Positions 51,441-59,843 of a stretch of 64,000 nucleotides of DNA are shown one piece after another (position 1 is the stretch's first letter; every line of letters starts with the position of its first letter). The notes beneath the pieces are model-generated. The model made no database searches. It was not told where the DNA came from and saw only the letters and a list, made by a program, of their open reading frames with translations. Source of the DNA: Betaproteobacteria bacterium (GTDB lineage Bacteria; Pseudomonadota; Gammaproteobacteria; Burkholderiales; SG8-39); contig VBCA01000006.1 of the NCBI GenBank assembly GCA_005881575.1, forward strand, positions 15,954-79,953, given 5' to 3'. The position numbers were made by a program, and so were the translations under genes.

Positions 51441-52637
51441 GTGGGTGCTGCGCCACGACTCACCCTGAAGCCCGGGCGCGAGCGCTCGCTCCTGCGACGC
51501 CACCCGTGGATCTTTTCCGGGGCGATCGCCGAGGTCCGTGGAGCGCCGCAGAGCGGTGATACCGTCGATGTCCGAGGCGCAGACGGGCATTTCCTCGCCT
51601 GGGCGGCGTACAGCCCTGCCTCGCAGATCCGGGCCCGCGTCTGGAGCTTCGACGAGGCCGAAATCCCCGGCCCGGATCTGTTCGAAAGGAGAATCGGGGC
51701 CGCGCTCGACCTGCGGCGCGCAACGGTTCCGCCGGAGACGACCAATGCGTTGCGGCTCGTGCACGGAGAGTCGGACGGGCTCCCCGGCCTCGTCGCCGAC
51801 CGCTACGCGGACACGCTGGTGGTGCAGATCCTTTCTGCGGGCTGCGAGAGGTGGCGCGACGCGCTGATCGCGATCCTCCGCGAGCGGAGCGGCTGCGCGA
51901 GGATCCACGAGCGCTCCGATACCGAGGGGCGCGAGCTCGAAGGTCTTTCCGCAAGTGCCGGACTGATCGCGGGCACAGCGGTCGACGGACCACTCGAGAT
52001 CGTCGAACACGGCATCCGCTACGAAGTCGACGTCGCCGCTGGGCAGAAAACCGGGTTCTATCTGGACCAGCGGGACAACCGCGCTCGCGTGGGGCTCCTT
52101 GCCGAGGGCCGGGAGGCGCTCAACGGTTTCAGCTATACCGGCGGCTTCGCGCTTTGCGCGCTCGCCGGAGGCGCCCGCTCGGTGCTCTCCATCGACAGCT
52201 CGGCGCCCGCGCTCGAGCTGGCGAAGCGCAACCTCGCGCTGAACGGGCTCGAAGCGGACCGCGCGGAGTGGCTCGAGGCGGATGTATTCGGAGCCTTGCG
52301 CGGTTTGCGCACGGAAGACAGGCAATTCGACCTCGTCGTGCTCGACCCGCCTAAATTCGCTCCCACGCCCAAGGACGCCGAGCGCGCCGCGCGCGGTTAC
52401 AAGGACATCAACCTGAATGCGCTGAAGCTGCTGCGGCGGGGAGGGCTGCTCGCTACTTTCTCGTGCTCCGGCGGCGTGTCCCCAGAGCTCTTCCAGAAAA
52501 TCCTCGCCGGGGCCGCCGCAGACGCGGGGGTGTCGCTCCTTCTTCGCGAGCGCTACCGCGCGGCGGCGGACCACCCGGTGCGCATCGAGTTTCCCGAGGG
52601 CGAGTACCTGAAGGGGCTGTTGCTGGAACGGCTCTAG
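51441..52637 (+). CDS. rlmI: 23S rRNA m5C1962 methyltransferase (RlmI family)
   Basis: RRHPWIFSGA PUA domain, ESDGLPGLVAD, GQKTGFYLDQR, DPPKF, FSCSG. Confidence 0.88.
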   Translation: MGAAPRLTLKPGRERSLLRRHPWIFSGAIAEVRGAPQSGDTVDVRGADGHFLAWAAYSPASQIRARVWSFDEAEIPGPDLFERRIGAALDLRRATVPPETTNALRLVHGESDGLPGLVADRYADTLVVQILSAGCERWRDALIAILRERSGCARIHERSDTEGRELEGLSASAGLIAGTAVDGPLEIVEHGIRYEVDVAAGQKTGFYLDQRDNRARVGLLAEGREALNGFSYTGGFALCALAGGARSVLSIDSSAPALELAKRNLALNGLEADRAEWLEADVFGALRGLRTEDRQFDLVVLDPPKFAPTPKDAERAARGYKDINLNALKLLRRGGLLATFSCSGGVSPELFQKILAGAAADAGVSLLLRERYRAAADHPVRIEFPEGEYLKGLLLERL

Positions 52638-52692
52638 GGGCCTGCGCATGTGCAATGCCGTCGGGCGACGGAATGGGTTGCTTTGTAATGCC

Positions 52693-52718
52693 GGGCGTGC
52701 TGTAATGCGCCCTTTTTT
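52693..52718 (+). terminator. Putative intrinsic terminator
   Basis: GGGCGTG-ctgtaa-TGCGCCC (with G-U pairs) followed by T6. Confidence 0.5.
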
Positions 52719-52871
52719 CAGGACCGCCGGTGCCGTCCGGACTACCCGGACGCTTCGCTGCAAACTGCGAATCGATATGCTCAAATAAAGCTTGTTTGCC
52801 GGCGGAGAGCGTGGTTTTGGACTTGCGGTTTCGGCTACCGCCGGGCGCGCGGAAGGTGCCAGGAGATCGAA

Positions 52872-53864
52872 TTGTCGGCACAGGAAAACATGGTTCCGGT
52901 GACCATACTCACCGGCTTCTTGGGAAGCGGCAAGACCACGCTCGTCAACCGTATCCTCAAGGAGCAGCACGGCCACCGCATCGCAGTGATCGAGAACGAG
53001 TTCGGCGAGGCGGGTGTGGACAACGAAATCCTCCTGAGCGAAGCTGGCGAGCAGATCATCGAGATGAACAACGGCTGCGTCTGCTGCACCGTGCGCGGCG
53101 ACCTCATCCGTATACTGGGGGAGCTCAGGGAGCGGCGCGATTCGGGCAAGCTCAAATTCGAGCGCGTGATCATCGAGACAACCGGCATGGCCGATCCGGG
53201 CCCTGTCGCTCAGAGCTTCTTCATCGACGAGAAGATCGGCAACTATTATCTTCTGGACAGCGTCATCACCTTGGTGGACGCAAAGCATGCCGCGAGGCAA
53301 CTCGACGAGTTCCACGAGGCCCAGGAGCAGGTCGGATTCGCCGACCGGATTCTCATGTCCAAGACCGACCTCGTGTCGGAATCCGAGCAGGAAACGCTGC
53401 GGAAGCGCCTCACGAAGATGAATCCTCGGGCGCCGATCAAGAAAGTCCATTTCGGCAACACGCCGATCGAGGACATTCTCGATATCCGCGGTTTCAACCT
53501 CAACGCGACCCTCGAGCTCGATCCGGGGTTCCTCGAGGACAGCGAGCACGAGCACGACGAGCACGTCAGCTCCTTCGCATTCCGCTCGGACAAGCCGTTC
53601 GAGAGCGCGAAGCTCGAGGAGTTCCTGTCCGGGGTCGTACAGATTTACGGACCGGACATGCTGCGCTATAAAGGGGTGCTGTATATGAAGGGCAACACGC
53701 ACCGTGTCGTGTTTCAAGGGGTGCACATGCTCATGGGCGGCGATCTGGGTCGCGCCTGGGGCAAGGACGAAAAGCGTTCGAGCACGATGGTTTTCATCGG
53801 CAAGAATCTGCCGCAGGACCTATTTATGAAGGGATTGGAACAATGTTTGGTGGAAAAGCAGTAA
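52872..53864 (+). CDS. COG0523 (CobW/YjiA/ZigA-like) G3E GTPase metallochaperone
   Basis: TTG start with SD AGGAGA. GFLGSGKTT, ENEFG, GCVCC, ETTG, SKTD, HEHDEH, RYKG, FIG. Confidence 0.92.
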   Translation: MSAQENMVPVTILTGFLGSGKTTLVNRILKEQHGHRIAVIENEFGEAGVDNEILLSEAGEQIIEMNNGCVCCTVRGDLIRILGELRERRDSGKLKFERVIIETTGMADPGPVAQSFFIDEKIGNYYLLDSVITLVDAKHAARQLDEFHEAQEQVGFADRILMSKTDLVSESEQETLRKRLTKMNPRAPIKKVHFGNTPIEDILDIRGFNLNATLELDPGFLEDSEHEHDEHVSSFAFRSDKPFESAKLEEFLSGVVQIYGPDMLRYKGVLYMKGNTHRVVFQGVHMLMGGDLGRAWGKDEKRSSTMVFIGKNLPQDLFMKGLEQCLVEKQ

Positions 53865-53872
53865 AGAAGCTG

Positions 53873-54355
53873 GTGACCAAGGCGACGAAACCGGCGGAGC
53901 AGAAGCCGGCCGAGCACAAGCCGGCCGAGCACAAGCCGGCGAAGAAGAACGGCTTGACCGAGGCCGAGTTACTGCGTGCTCCTGCGTCGCAGTACATGAG
54001 CGCCGAGCAGCTCGCGTTCTTCCGCGAGCGCCTGCTCGAGACGCAAAGGGAATTGCTGGAGAAGGCGGATCTCACCTCGGAGCATCTGCGGGAGCACGAA
54101 CTGGAGGCCGATCCGACCGACCAGGCGACGATCGAGGAAGAGTACGCGCTGGAGCTCCGCGCGCGCGATCGCGAGAGGAAGCTCCTCAAGAAAATCGACG
54201 AGGCCCTGCGCCGCATCGAGGAGGGCAGCTACGGCTACTGCGAGGAAACGGGAGAGCCGATCGGCATCCCCAGGCTGATCGCGCGGCCGACGGCGACGCT
54301 CTCCATCGAGGCGCAGTCGCGCCGCGAGCAGAAGCAGAAGCTTTACGGGGAGTAG
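53873..54355 (+). CDS. dksA: RNA polymerase-binding protein DksA (zinc-free, one-Cys type)
   Basis: DPTDQA coiled-coil tip, RDRERKLLKKI, YGYCEETGEPIGIPRLIARPTATLSIEAQ. Start GTG 53873 (or ATG 53843). Confidence 0.93.
   Translation: MTKATKPAEQKPAEHKPAEHKPAKKNGLTEAELLRAPASQYMSAEQLAFFRERLLETQRELLEKADLTSEHLREHELEADPTDQATIEEEYALELRARDRERKLLKKIDEALRRIEEGSYGYCEETGEPIGIPRLIARPTATLSIEAQSRREQKQKLYGE
53888..53941 (+). repeat. In-frame 15-bp tandem repeat (KPAEQ/KPAEH, ~3.5 copies)
   Basis: aaaccggcggagcag aagccggccgagcac aagccggccgagcac aagccggcg. Confidence 0.85.
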
Positions 54356-54371
54356 ACTTGTAGTAGACTTG
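54351..54371 (+). repeat. 10-bp direct repeat AGTAGACTTG x2 spanning the dksA stop
   Basis: agtagacttg-t-agtagacttg. Confidence 0.8.
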
Positions 54372-54398
54372 CGTCCGGTGCTGCCTATGACGTCGGTC

Positions 54399-54716
54399 AT
54401 GCCGAACCGCACTCTGCGTCACCTACTCCTCGCCGCCGCGCTGGTGTTTACCCAGCAGGCGGCGCAACTGCACGCGCTGTCGCACGTGCAGTACGATATG
54501 GCGAAGGCCGAGCGCAGCGGCAAATGCGTCCCGCCCGTCAGCCATCCCGCCGAGCAGTGCATCGCGTTTCACGCCGTCGACAGCGCGCTGCCGGTGCTCG
54601 CGCTTGCGATCGAGCCGCCGAAGATCGCGTTACCGGTCATTGCGTCCGTTGATCTTCCTCTTCCCTTCGCTCCGCGGATCGAATTCGATTCGCGTGCCCC
54701 TCCCGTCCTCTCCTAG
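54399..54716 (+). CDS. DUF2946-like leader protein ending in a RAPP motif
   Basis: Hydrophobic N-terminus, HALSH, HPAEQCIAFH, Pro-rich spacer, C-terminal SRAPPVLS*. Start 54387 or 54399. Confidence 0.72.
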   Translation: MPNRTLRHLLLAAALVFTQQAAQLHALSHVQYDMAKAERSGKCVPPVSHPAEQCIAFHAVDSALPVLALAIEPPKIALPVIASVDLPLPFAPRIEFDSRAPPVLS

Positions 54717-54811
54717 TTCGGTCGCTCGGTAACCCGCTTCGCTTCTCGCGAAGCGACCGTGTTCGCGACCGCCCATCGAGGCGCATCGCGATCGCATGAA
54801 CTTGGAGAGAC
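54705..54811 (+). promoter_or_regulatory. Putative translational attenuator (anti-SD/SD stem with nested hairpins)
   Basis: CTCTCCTAGTTC (54708-19) is complementary at 11/12 positions to GAACTTGGAGAG (54798-809, contains the SD). Inner 8-bp hairpin at 54735-55. Confidence 0.65.
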
Positions 54812-54814
54812 AAC

Positions 54815-56119
54815 ATGCACAGAAAGGCAACCGTGACGCTCGCCGTCGCGGCGGCGTTCGGCCTGCCCCACGCCGCGACTGCGCAGACCCAGGACGAGCT
54901 GCGGACGTTGCGCGAGCAGGTCAGGCAACTCGACCGGCGCGTGACGGACGCCGAGCAGGCGGCGATTCAGGCCTCCAGCAGGCCGACCGGCGAGAACGCG
55001 ATGAACCCGGCCGTTTCGGTGATCCTGAACGGCATCTATTCGAATCTTTCCCAGGATCCGAACGCGTTCAGGATCAACGGATTTGTGCCGACGCTGGGCG
55101 AAGTCGGGCCTGGGGTTCGCGGTCTGAGCCTGGGCGAATCGGAGCTCGCCCTTGCGGCAAACATCGATCACAACTTCCGCGGAACGCTGATCGCATCCAT
55201 ATCGCCCGAAGACAGCATCGGCGTCGAGGAGGGCTACATTCAAACCCTCTCCCTGTCGTATGGATTCACCGTCAAGGCCGGACGCTTCTTCTCAGGCGTG
55301 GGCTATCAGAACCAGATCCACGCGCACGCCTGGGACTTCACCGACGCGCCGCTTGCGAACAAGGTGTTTCTCGGCAACCAGTTGAACGAGGACGGGATCC
55401 AGCTCAAGTGGGTGGCGCCCACCGACACCTATTTCGACGTCGGCGTCGAGGTCGGGCGCGGAAGGCAGTTTCCCGCGGCCGCGGGCCCGGCCGGACCGCG
55501 CAACAAGAACGGCGTCAGTTCGGGCACCTTGTTCGCGCACGTCGGCGGAGACCTGGGAACGGGCACCGCATGGCAGACCGGAGTCTCGTATCTGGGCACC
55601 TCGCCCCAGGACCGGAGCTTCGAGGATCCAGCCGGCAAGACCAACAGCTTCACGGGCCAAAGCCGCCTTTGGGTGTTGGACGGAATCCTGAAGTGGGCGC
55701 CGAACTACAACCCGACTTACACCAACCTCAAGCTGCAGGGCGAATACTTCCGCCGCAAGGAAGATGGCGATCTCACCTCAGGTGCCGCGGCGCAAACGGG
55801 CGGGTTCGCATCGGTGCAGTCGGGCTGGTACCTGCAAAGCGTCTATCAGTTCGTTCCGATGTGGCGGGTCGGCTATCGATATGACAGGCTGAACTCGGGC
55901 ACCGCCAGCTTTTCGGCTCCGCTCAACGCAGCGGATTTCCCGATCCTCGCCGCGTACAACCCGACGCGGCACACGGTGATGGCCGATTGGAGCCCGAGCG
56001 AGTTCAGCCGAGTGCGGCTGCAGTTCGCGAGCGACAAGTCGCGCAGCGATGTGACCGACAAGCAGGTCTTTCTCCAGTACATCGTGAGTCTGGGCGCGCA
56101 CGGCGCCCACAAATTCTGA
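54815..56119 (+). CDS. Outer-membrane beta-barrel metal-uptake protein
   Basis: Signal peptide, short coiled coil, NPAVSVIL, VEEGY, KAGRFF, QIHAHAWDF, SEFSRVRLQ, C-terminal GAHGAHKF. Confidence 0.75.
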   Translation: MHRKATVTLAVAAAFGLPHAATAQTQDELRTLREQVRQLDRRVTDAEQAAIQASSRPTGENAMNPAVSVILNGIYSNLSQDPNAFRINGFVPTLGEVGPGVRGLSLGESELALAANIDHNFRGTLIASISPEDSIGVEEGYIQTLSLSYGFTVKAGRFFSGVGYQNQIHAHAWDFTDAPLANKVFLGNQLNEDGIQLKWVAPTDTYFDVGVEVGRGRQFPAAAGPAGPRNKNGVSSGTLFAHVGGDLGTGTAWQTGVSYLGTSPQDRSFEDPAGKTNSFTGQSRLWVLDGILKWAPNYNPTYTNLKLQGEYFRRKEDGDLTSGAAAQTGGFASVQSGWYLQSVYQFVPMWRVGYRYDRLNSGTASFSAPLNAADFPILAAYNPTRHTVMADWSPSEFSRVRLQFASDKSRSDVTDKQVFLQYIVSLGAHGAHKF

Positions 56120-56129
56120 GGTGACGAAC

Positions 56130-57035
56130 ATGAAAGCGATTCTGAGATTTCTTTTCGCGTTGAGTTCGCTTGTTGTTGCGCTGCCGGCAACCGCGGCGCT
56201 CAACGTATTCGCCTGCGAGCCCGAATGGACCGCCCTGGCGCAGGAGCTGGGGGGAGACAAGGTGTCGATCTATTCGGCCACGACCGCGTTGCAGGATCCG
56301 CACCGCATCGAAGCGCGTCCCAGCCTGATCGCGCGCATCCGCTCCGCCGATCTGCTGATCTGTTCCGGTTCCGAGCTGGAGATCGGTTGGATCCCGCTCT
56401 TGCTCACGCAAAGCGGGAACAGCAAGATCCAGCTCGGCAGCCCGGGTTACTTCGAGGCCTCGCAGCACGTCGCCAGGCTGGAGATCCCGAAGGTGATCGA
56501 CCGGGCGCTCGGGGACATGCATCCCGGCGGCAATCCGCACGTCCATACCGACCCGCGCAACATCGCCAGGATCGCGCCGGCGCTCATGGAGCGCATGTCG
56601 GAGCTCGATCCGGCGAACGCCGAAAGCTACCGTTCGCGCGGCAGATCGTTTCTCGAGCGCTGGCAGGCGGCGATCGCGCGCTGGGAGCAGCAGGCGACGC
56701 CGCTCAAGGGCGTCCCGGTCGTTGTGTACCATAAGGACTTCTCGTATTTCATCAATTGGACGGGAATGCGCGAAGTCGGAAGTCTTGAACCGAAACCCGG
56801 CATTCCGCCCACTCCCTCGCATCTCGCCGAATTGATAGACCAGATGAAACGCGCTCCCGCAAAAGTGATCGTCTATTCGCCCTACAGCAACCCGCAGGCC
56901 GCGGAGTTCCTGTCGAGCAGGGCCAACATTCCCGCAGTCATGGTGCCCTTCACGGTCGGCGGAACGGACAAGGCGAAAGACCTGTTCGGCTTGTTCGACG
57001 ACACGATCGCTCGGTTGCTGGGAGCCGTGAAATGA
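56130..57035 (+). CDS. Metal ABC transporter substrate-binding protein (ZnuA/TroA family)
   Basis: QDPHRIEARPS, ELEIGW, HPGGNPH, YHKDFSY, EPKPGIPPTPSHL. Confidence 0.88.
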   Translation: MKAILRFLFALSSLVVALPATAALNVFACEPEWTALAQELGGDKVSIYSATTALQDPHRIEARPSLIARIRSADLLICSGSELEIGWIPLLLTQSGNSKIQLGSPGYFEASQHVARLEIPKVIDRALGDMHPGGNPHVHTDPRNIARIAPALMERMSELDPANAESYRSRGRSFLERWQAAIARWEQQATPLKGVPVVVYHKDFSYFINWTGMREVGSLEPKPGIPPTPSHLAELIDQMKRAPAKVIVYSPYSNPQAAEFLSSRANIPAVMVPFTVGGTDKAKDLFGLFDDTIARLLGAVK

Positions 57036-57793
57036 ACATCGACGCAGCGAGTCTCGGCATCCTCTGGCCTGCGTTCATCGCGGGTCTCTTGGTCACCGCC
57101 ACCCACGTCCCGCTCGGGATGCAAGTACTGTCCCGCGGCATCGTGTTCATCGACCTGGCAGTGGCGCAAATTGCGGGTGTCGGAGTAATCCTGGCGGATT
57201 TCTTGGGCTGGGAGCCCACGGGCGTTGCGGTGCAGGTTGCTGCGCTCAGCGCGGCGATTGCGGGTGCCGTCCTTTTGACCTGGACCGAGCGCCGCTGGCC
57301 GGAAGTTCAAGAAGCGGTCATCGGCGTGGTATTCGTACTCGCCTCGAGTCTTGCGATCTTGCTGCTTGCCGGGAATCCGCGCGGTGGCGAACATCTCAAG
57401 GAGCTTCTGGTCGGCCAGATCTTGTGGGTAAACCCCGCACGGCTTCCGCTGGTTGCCCTGGCGACCGCTGCGATACTCGCGCTCTGGTTTGGTCTAGGCG
57501 AGCGACTGGGCAGGATGGGCTTCTATCTGTTGTTCGCGTGCGCGGTCACCATGTCATTGCAACTGGTCGGGCTGTACCTGGTTTTCATCTCGCTGGTGGT
57601 GCCTGCCCTCGCTACCTATTATCAAAGGCGCCGACGCTATGCCAAGGCCTATGCGGTCGGCGTACTCGGCTACGCGGCCGGCCTCCTCGCGTCGCTGTGG
57701 CTCGACCTTCCCTCCGGCGCGATGATCGTATGCGCCGTGGTTGCCGCCGGAGTGCTCGTGGCGTTCGTCGGTCGCAGGGCCTCGGCTTCCTGA
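57032..57793 (+). CDS. Metal ABC transporter permease (ABC-3 family)
   Basis: HVPLGMQVLSRGIVFIDLAVAQIA, QEAVIG, LVGQILWV, GLYLVF, DLPSG. Confidence 0.85.
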   Translation: MNIDAASLGILWPAFIAGLLVTATHVPLGMQVLSRGIVFIDLAVAQIAGVGVILADFLGWEPTGVAVQVAALSAAIAGAVLLTWTERRWPEVQEAVIGVVFVLASSLAILLLAGNPRGGEHLKELLVGQILWVNPARLPLVALATAAILALWFGLGERLGRMGFYLLFACAVTMSLQLVGLYLVFISLVVPALATYYQRRRRYAKAYAVGVLGYAAGLLASLWLDLPSGAMIVCAVVAAGVLVAFVGRRASAS

Positions 57794-57903
57794 ACAGGAA
57801 GAATTCATCGCGGGGCTGCCGCGTTGCACGCTATCGAGCAAAGTGATACAAAGTGGTCCCTTTGCGTCACCAGGCAGATTCTCCGGGAGGCGGGTAGTTC
57901 CTC

Positions 57904-59202
57904 GTGTTCTTTTCACTATTCGGCAGGAAGAAGACCGAAAGTAAAAAAAAGCCGATTACCCGGCAACCGGTAAAGCCTTCGCCGGAGAAGTCCGCGACGC
58001 CCGTCGCAGGTCCGCAAGCGGGCGAGGATTCGCTCGATTTCAGCGCCTACGTTCCTCCGCCTCAATCGACGCCACTCCCGGCCTCGCCGGCTCCTGCCCC
58101 CGCGCCGCAATCGGATTCGCGAGACGCCGATGCCGTTCCTGCGCCGCCGACTCTGGACGTGTCCGCGCTCGCTTCGTCCCTCGCCGGCGAGCCGGGTCCC
58201 GCCCCGAGCGCGTCGCCCGCTCCCGAAGTCGCGCCCATCATCGCGGAGGCGGCGACCCTGTTCGCGAACGGAGAGGTCGAGCAGGCGCTGGCTAGACTTT
58301 CAAACTCGGTGCGCGAGGAAGATCTCGGGGATTCAGCGCAGCAGGCCTGGTTGATGCTTTTCGATCTATACCAGCATCGGGGTCAGAGGGTGGAGTTCGA
58401 GGCGCTCGCTCTGGAATTCGTGGTGAAATTCGAGCGCTCACCGCCCGCGTGGATCGAGTCCGACGAGCGTCATGATCCGGCGCTCGCCACCGGAGGCATC
58501 GGCTATTTTGCGCTGAACGGAATGCTGACCGGCGCGAGCGCCCCCGAGCTGGAAAAACTGCGCAACACGCCCGGCCGAACCGTGCGCATTGAGTGCGACA
58601 GACTCCTGGGCCTCGACGGGCCAGGCTGCAGGCTTCTCCGCGAGGCTCTCTTGTCCATCCGCGATGCGGGAAAGGAAGTAATGTTTACCGGAGAATCCCG
58701 GCTCCTCGCGTTTCTCGAGAGGTTCTGCCAGCCGGGAAAGATCGAAGCCGACGCTGCGGCTTGGGCGCTGTTGCTCGACGTATACAGAACGCTCGACCTC
58801 AAGGACAAGTTCGAGGAAGCGGCGGTCAACTATGCGGTGACGTTCGAGGTTTCTCCGCCTTCCTGGGAGCCCCAGCCGAAGGCCGAGGCAAGGCGTTCCG
58901 CGGTCCTCCGGCCGGTCGAAGCCGCGGAGCAGGCCTTGATACTCTCCGGGGAGCTGAGTGGGGCGGGCGAACCACTCGCCCGACAGTTGCAAGACTGGGC
59001 CGGTGCGAACAAGATGCTGGTCGTCGACATGTCGCGAGCGACGCGCGTTGATCTTGCCACGGCCGGGCTTATGCTGAGGGTGCTCTCGGAGCTCCAAAAG
59101 AGCGGCACCACGATTCAGATTCGCGGCGCGAATGAGCTGATCTGCGCCTTGTTCGGCGTCGTCGGCCTGAACAGGGTTGCCCGTATTATTCCGCGCAAAT
59201 AG
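57904..59202 (+). CDS. STAS domain-containing protein with Pro-rich linker
   Basis: [37 protein letters not shown]-terminal [20 protein letters not shown]. Upstream of hslV. Confidence 0.75.
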   Translation: MFFSLFGRKKTESKKKPITRQPVKPSPEKSATPVAGPQAGEDSLDFSAYVPPPQSTPLPASPAPAPAPQSDSRDADAVPAPPTLDVSALASSLAGEPGPAPSASPAPEVAPIIAEAATLFANGEVEQALARLSNSVREEDLGDSAQQAWLMLFDLYQHRGQRVEFEALALEFVVKFERSPPAWIESDERHDPALATGGIGYFALNGMLTGASAPELEKLRNTPGRTVRIECDRLLGLDGPGCRLLREALLSIRDAGKEVMFTGESRLLAFLERFCQPGKIEADAAAWALLLDVYRTLDLKDKFEEAAVNYAVTFEVSPPSWEPQPKAEARRSAVLRPVEAAEQALILSGELSGAGEPLARQLQDWAGANKMLVVDMSRATRVDLATAGLMLRVLSELQKSGTTIQIRGANELICALFGVVGLNRVARIIPRK

Positions 59203-59230
59203 CTTGATAGCCGGCGCCCCGGCCCCATCT
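59203..59230 (+). promoter_or_regulatory. Sigma32 (RpoH) promoter of hslVU
   Basis: CTTGAT-N14-CCCCATCT. Confidence 0.7.
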
Positions 59231-59245
59231 TCCCTGAACTCGGAC

Positions 59246-59782
59246 ATGGAACAATTCCACGGAACCACCATCATGTCGGCCCGTCGCGACGGAAAAGTCG
59301 CGTTGGGCGGTGACGGCCAGATCACCCTCGGCCAAGTCGTGGTGAAAGCGAGCGCGCGCAAGGTGCGCCGCCTTTATCACGACCGGATCCTCGCCGGCTT
59401 CGCCGGGGGGACCGCCGATGCGTTTACGCTGTTCGAGCGCTTCGAGGCGAAGCTCGAAAAGCACCAGGGCAATCTGCTTCGCTCAGCCGTGGAGCTCGCC
59501 AAGGACTGGCGCACCGACCGAATACTGCGGCGCCTGGAGGCGATGCTCGCGGTGGCCGACCGCGAATCCTCGCTGATCATCACCGGGATGGGCGACGTGA
59601 TCGAACCGGAGTTGGGACTGATCGCGATTGGCTCGGGAGGCCCCTACGCGCAGGCGGCAGCGCGCGCGCTCCTCGAAAATACCCAACTCGACGCGGAGGC
59701 CGTCGTTCGCAAGGCCCTTTCGATCGCCGCCGACCTGTGCATCTACACCAATCAGCAAGTCGTCGTCGAAACGCTGGACTAG
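59246..59782 (+). CDS. hslV: ATP-dependent protease peptidase subunit
   Basis: [31 protein letters not shown]. Confidence 0.97.
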   Translation: MEQFHGTTIMSARRDGKVALGGDGQITLGQVVVKASARKVRRLYHDRILAGFAGGTADAFTLFERFEAKLEKHQGNLLRSAVELAKDWRTDRILRRLEAMLAVADRESSLIITGMGDVIEPELGLIAIGSGGPYAQAAARALLENTQLDAEAVVRKALSIAADLCIYTNQQVVVETLD

Positions 59783-59843
59783 AGCGGCCGGTGTCCGGGG
59801 CCTCTAGAATCCCTCGACCTCCCGGCTCCCGGCATCCGCCTCC

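Noticed and set aside
52638-52871. Zur box, cobalamin or ZTP riboswitch upstream of the COG0523 gene
   Set aside because: No convincing palindrome or riboswitch consensus could be matched by eye.
54815-56119. TonB-dependent receptor
   Set aside because: At 434 aa it is too short for a plug plus 22-strand barrel, and no TonB box or plug motif is visible.
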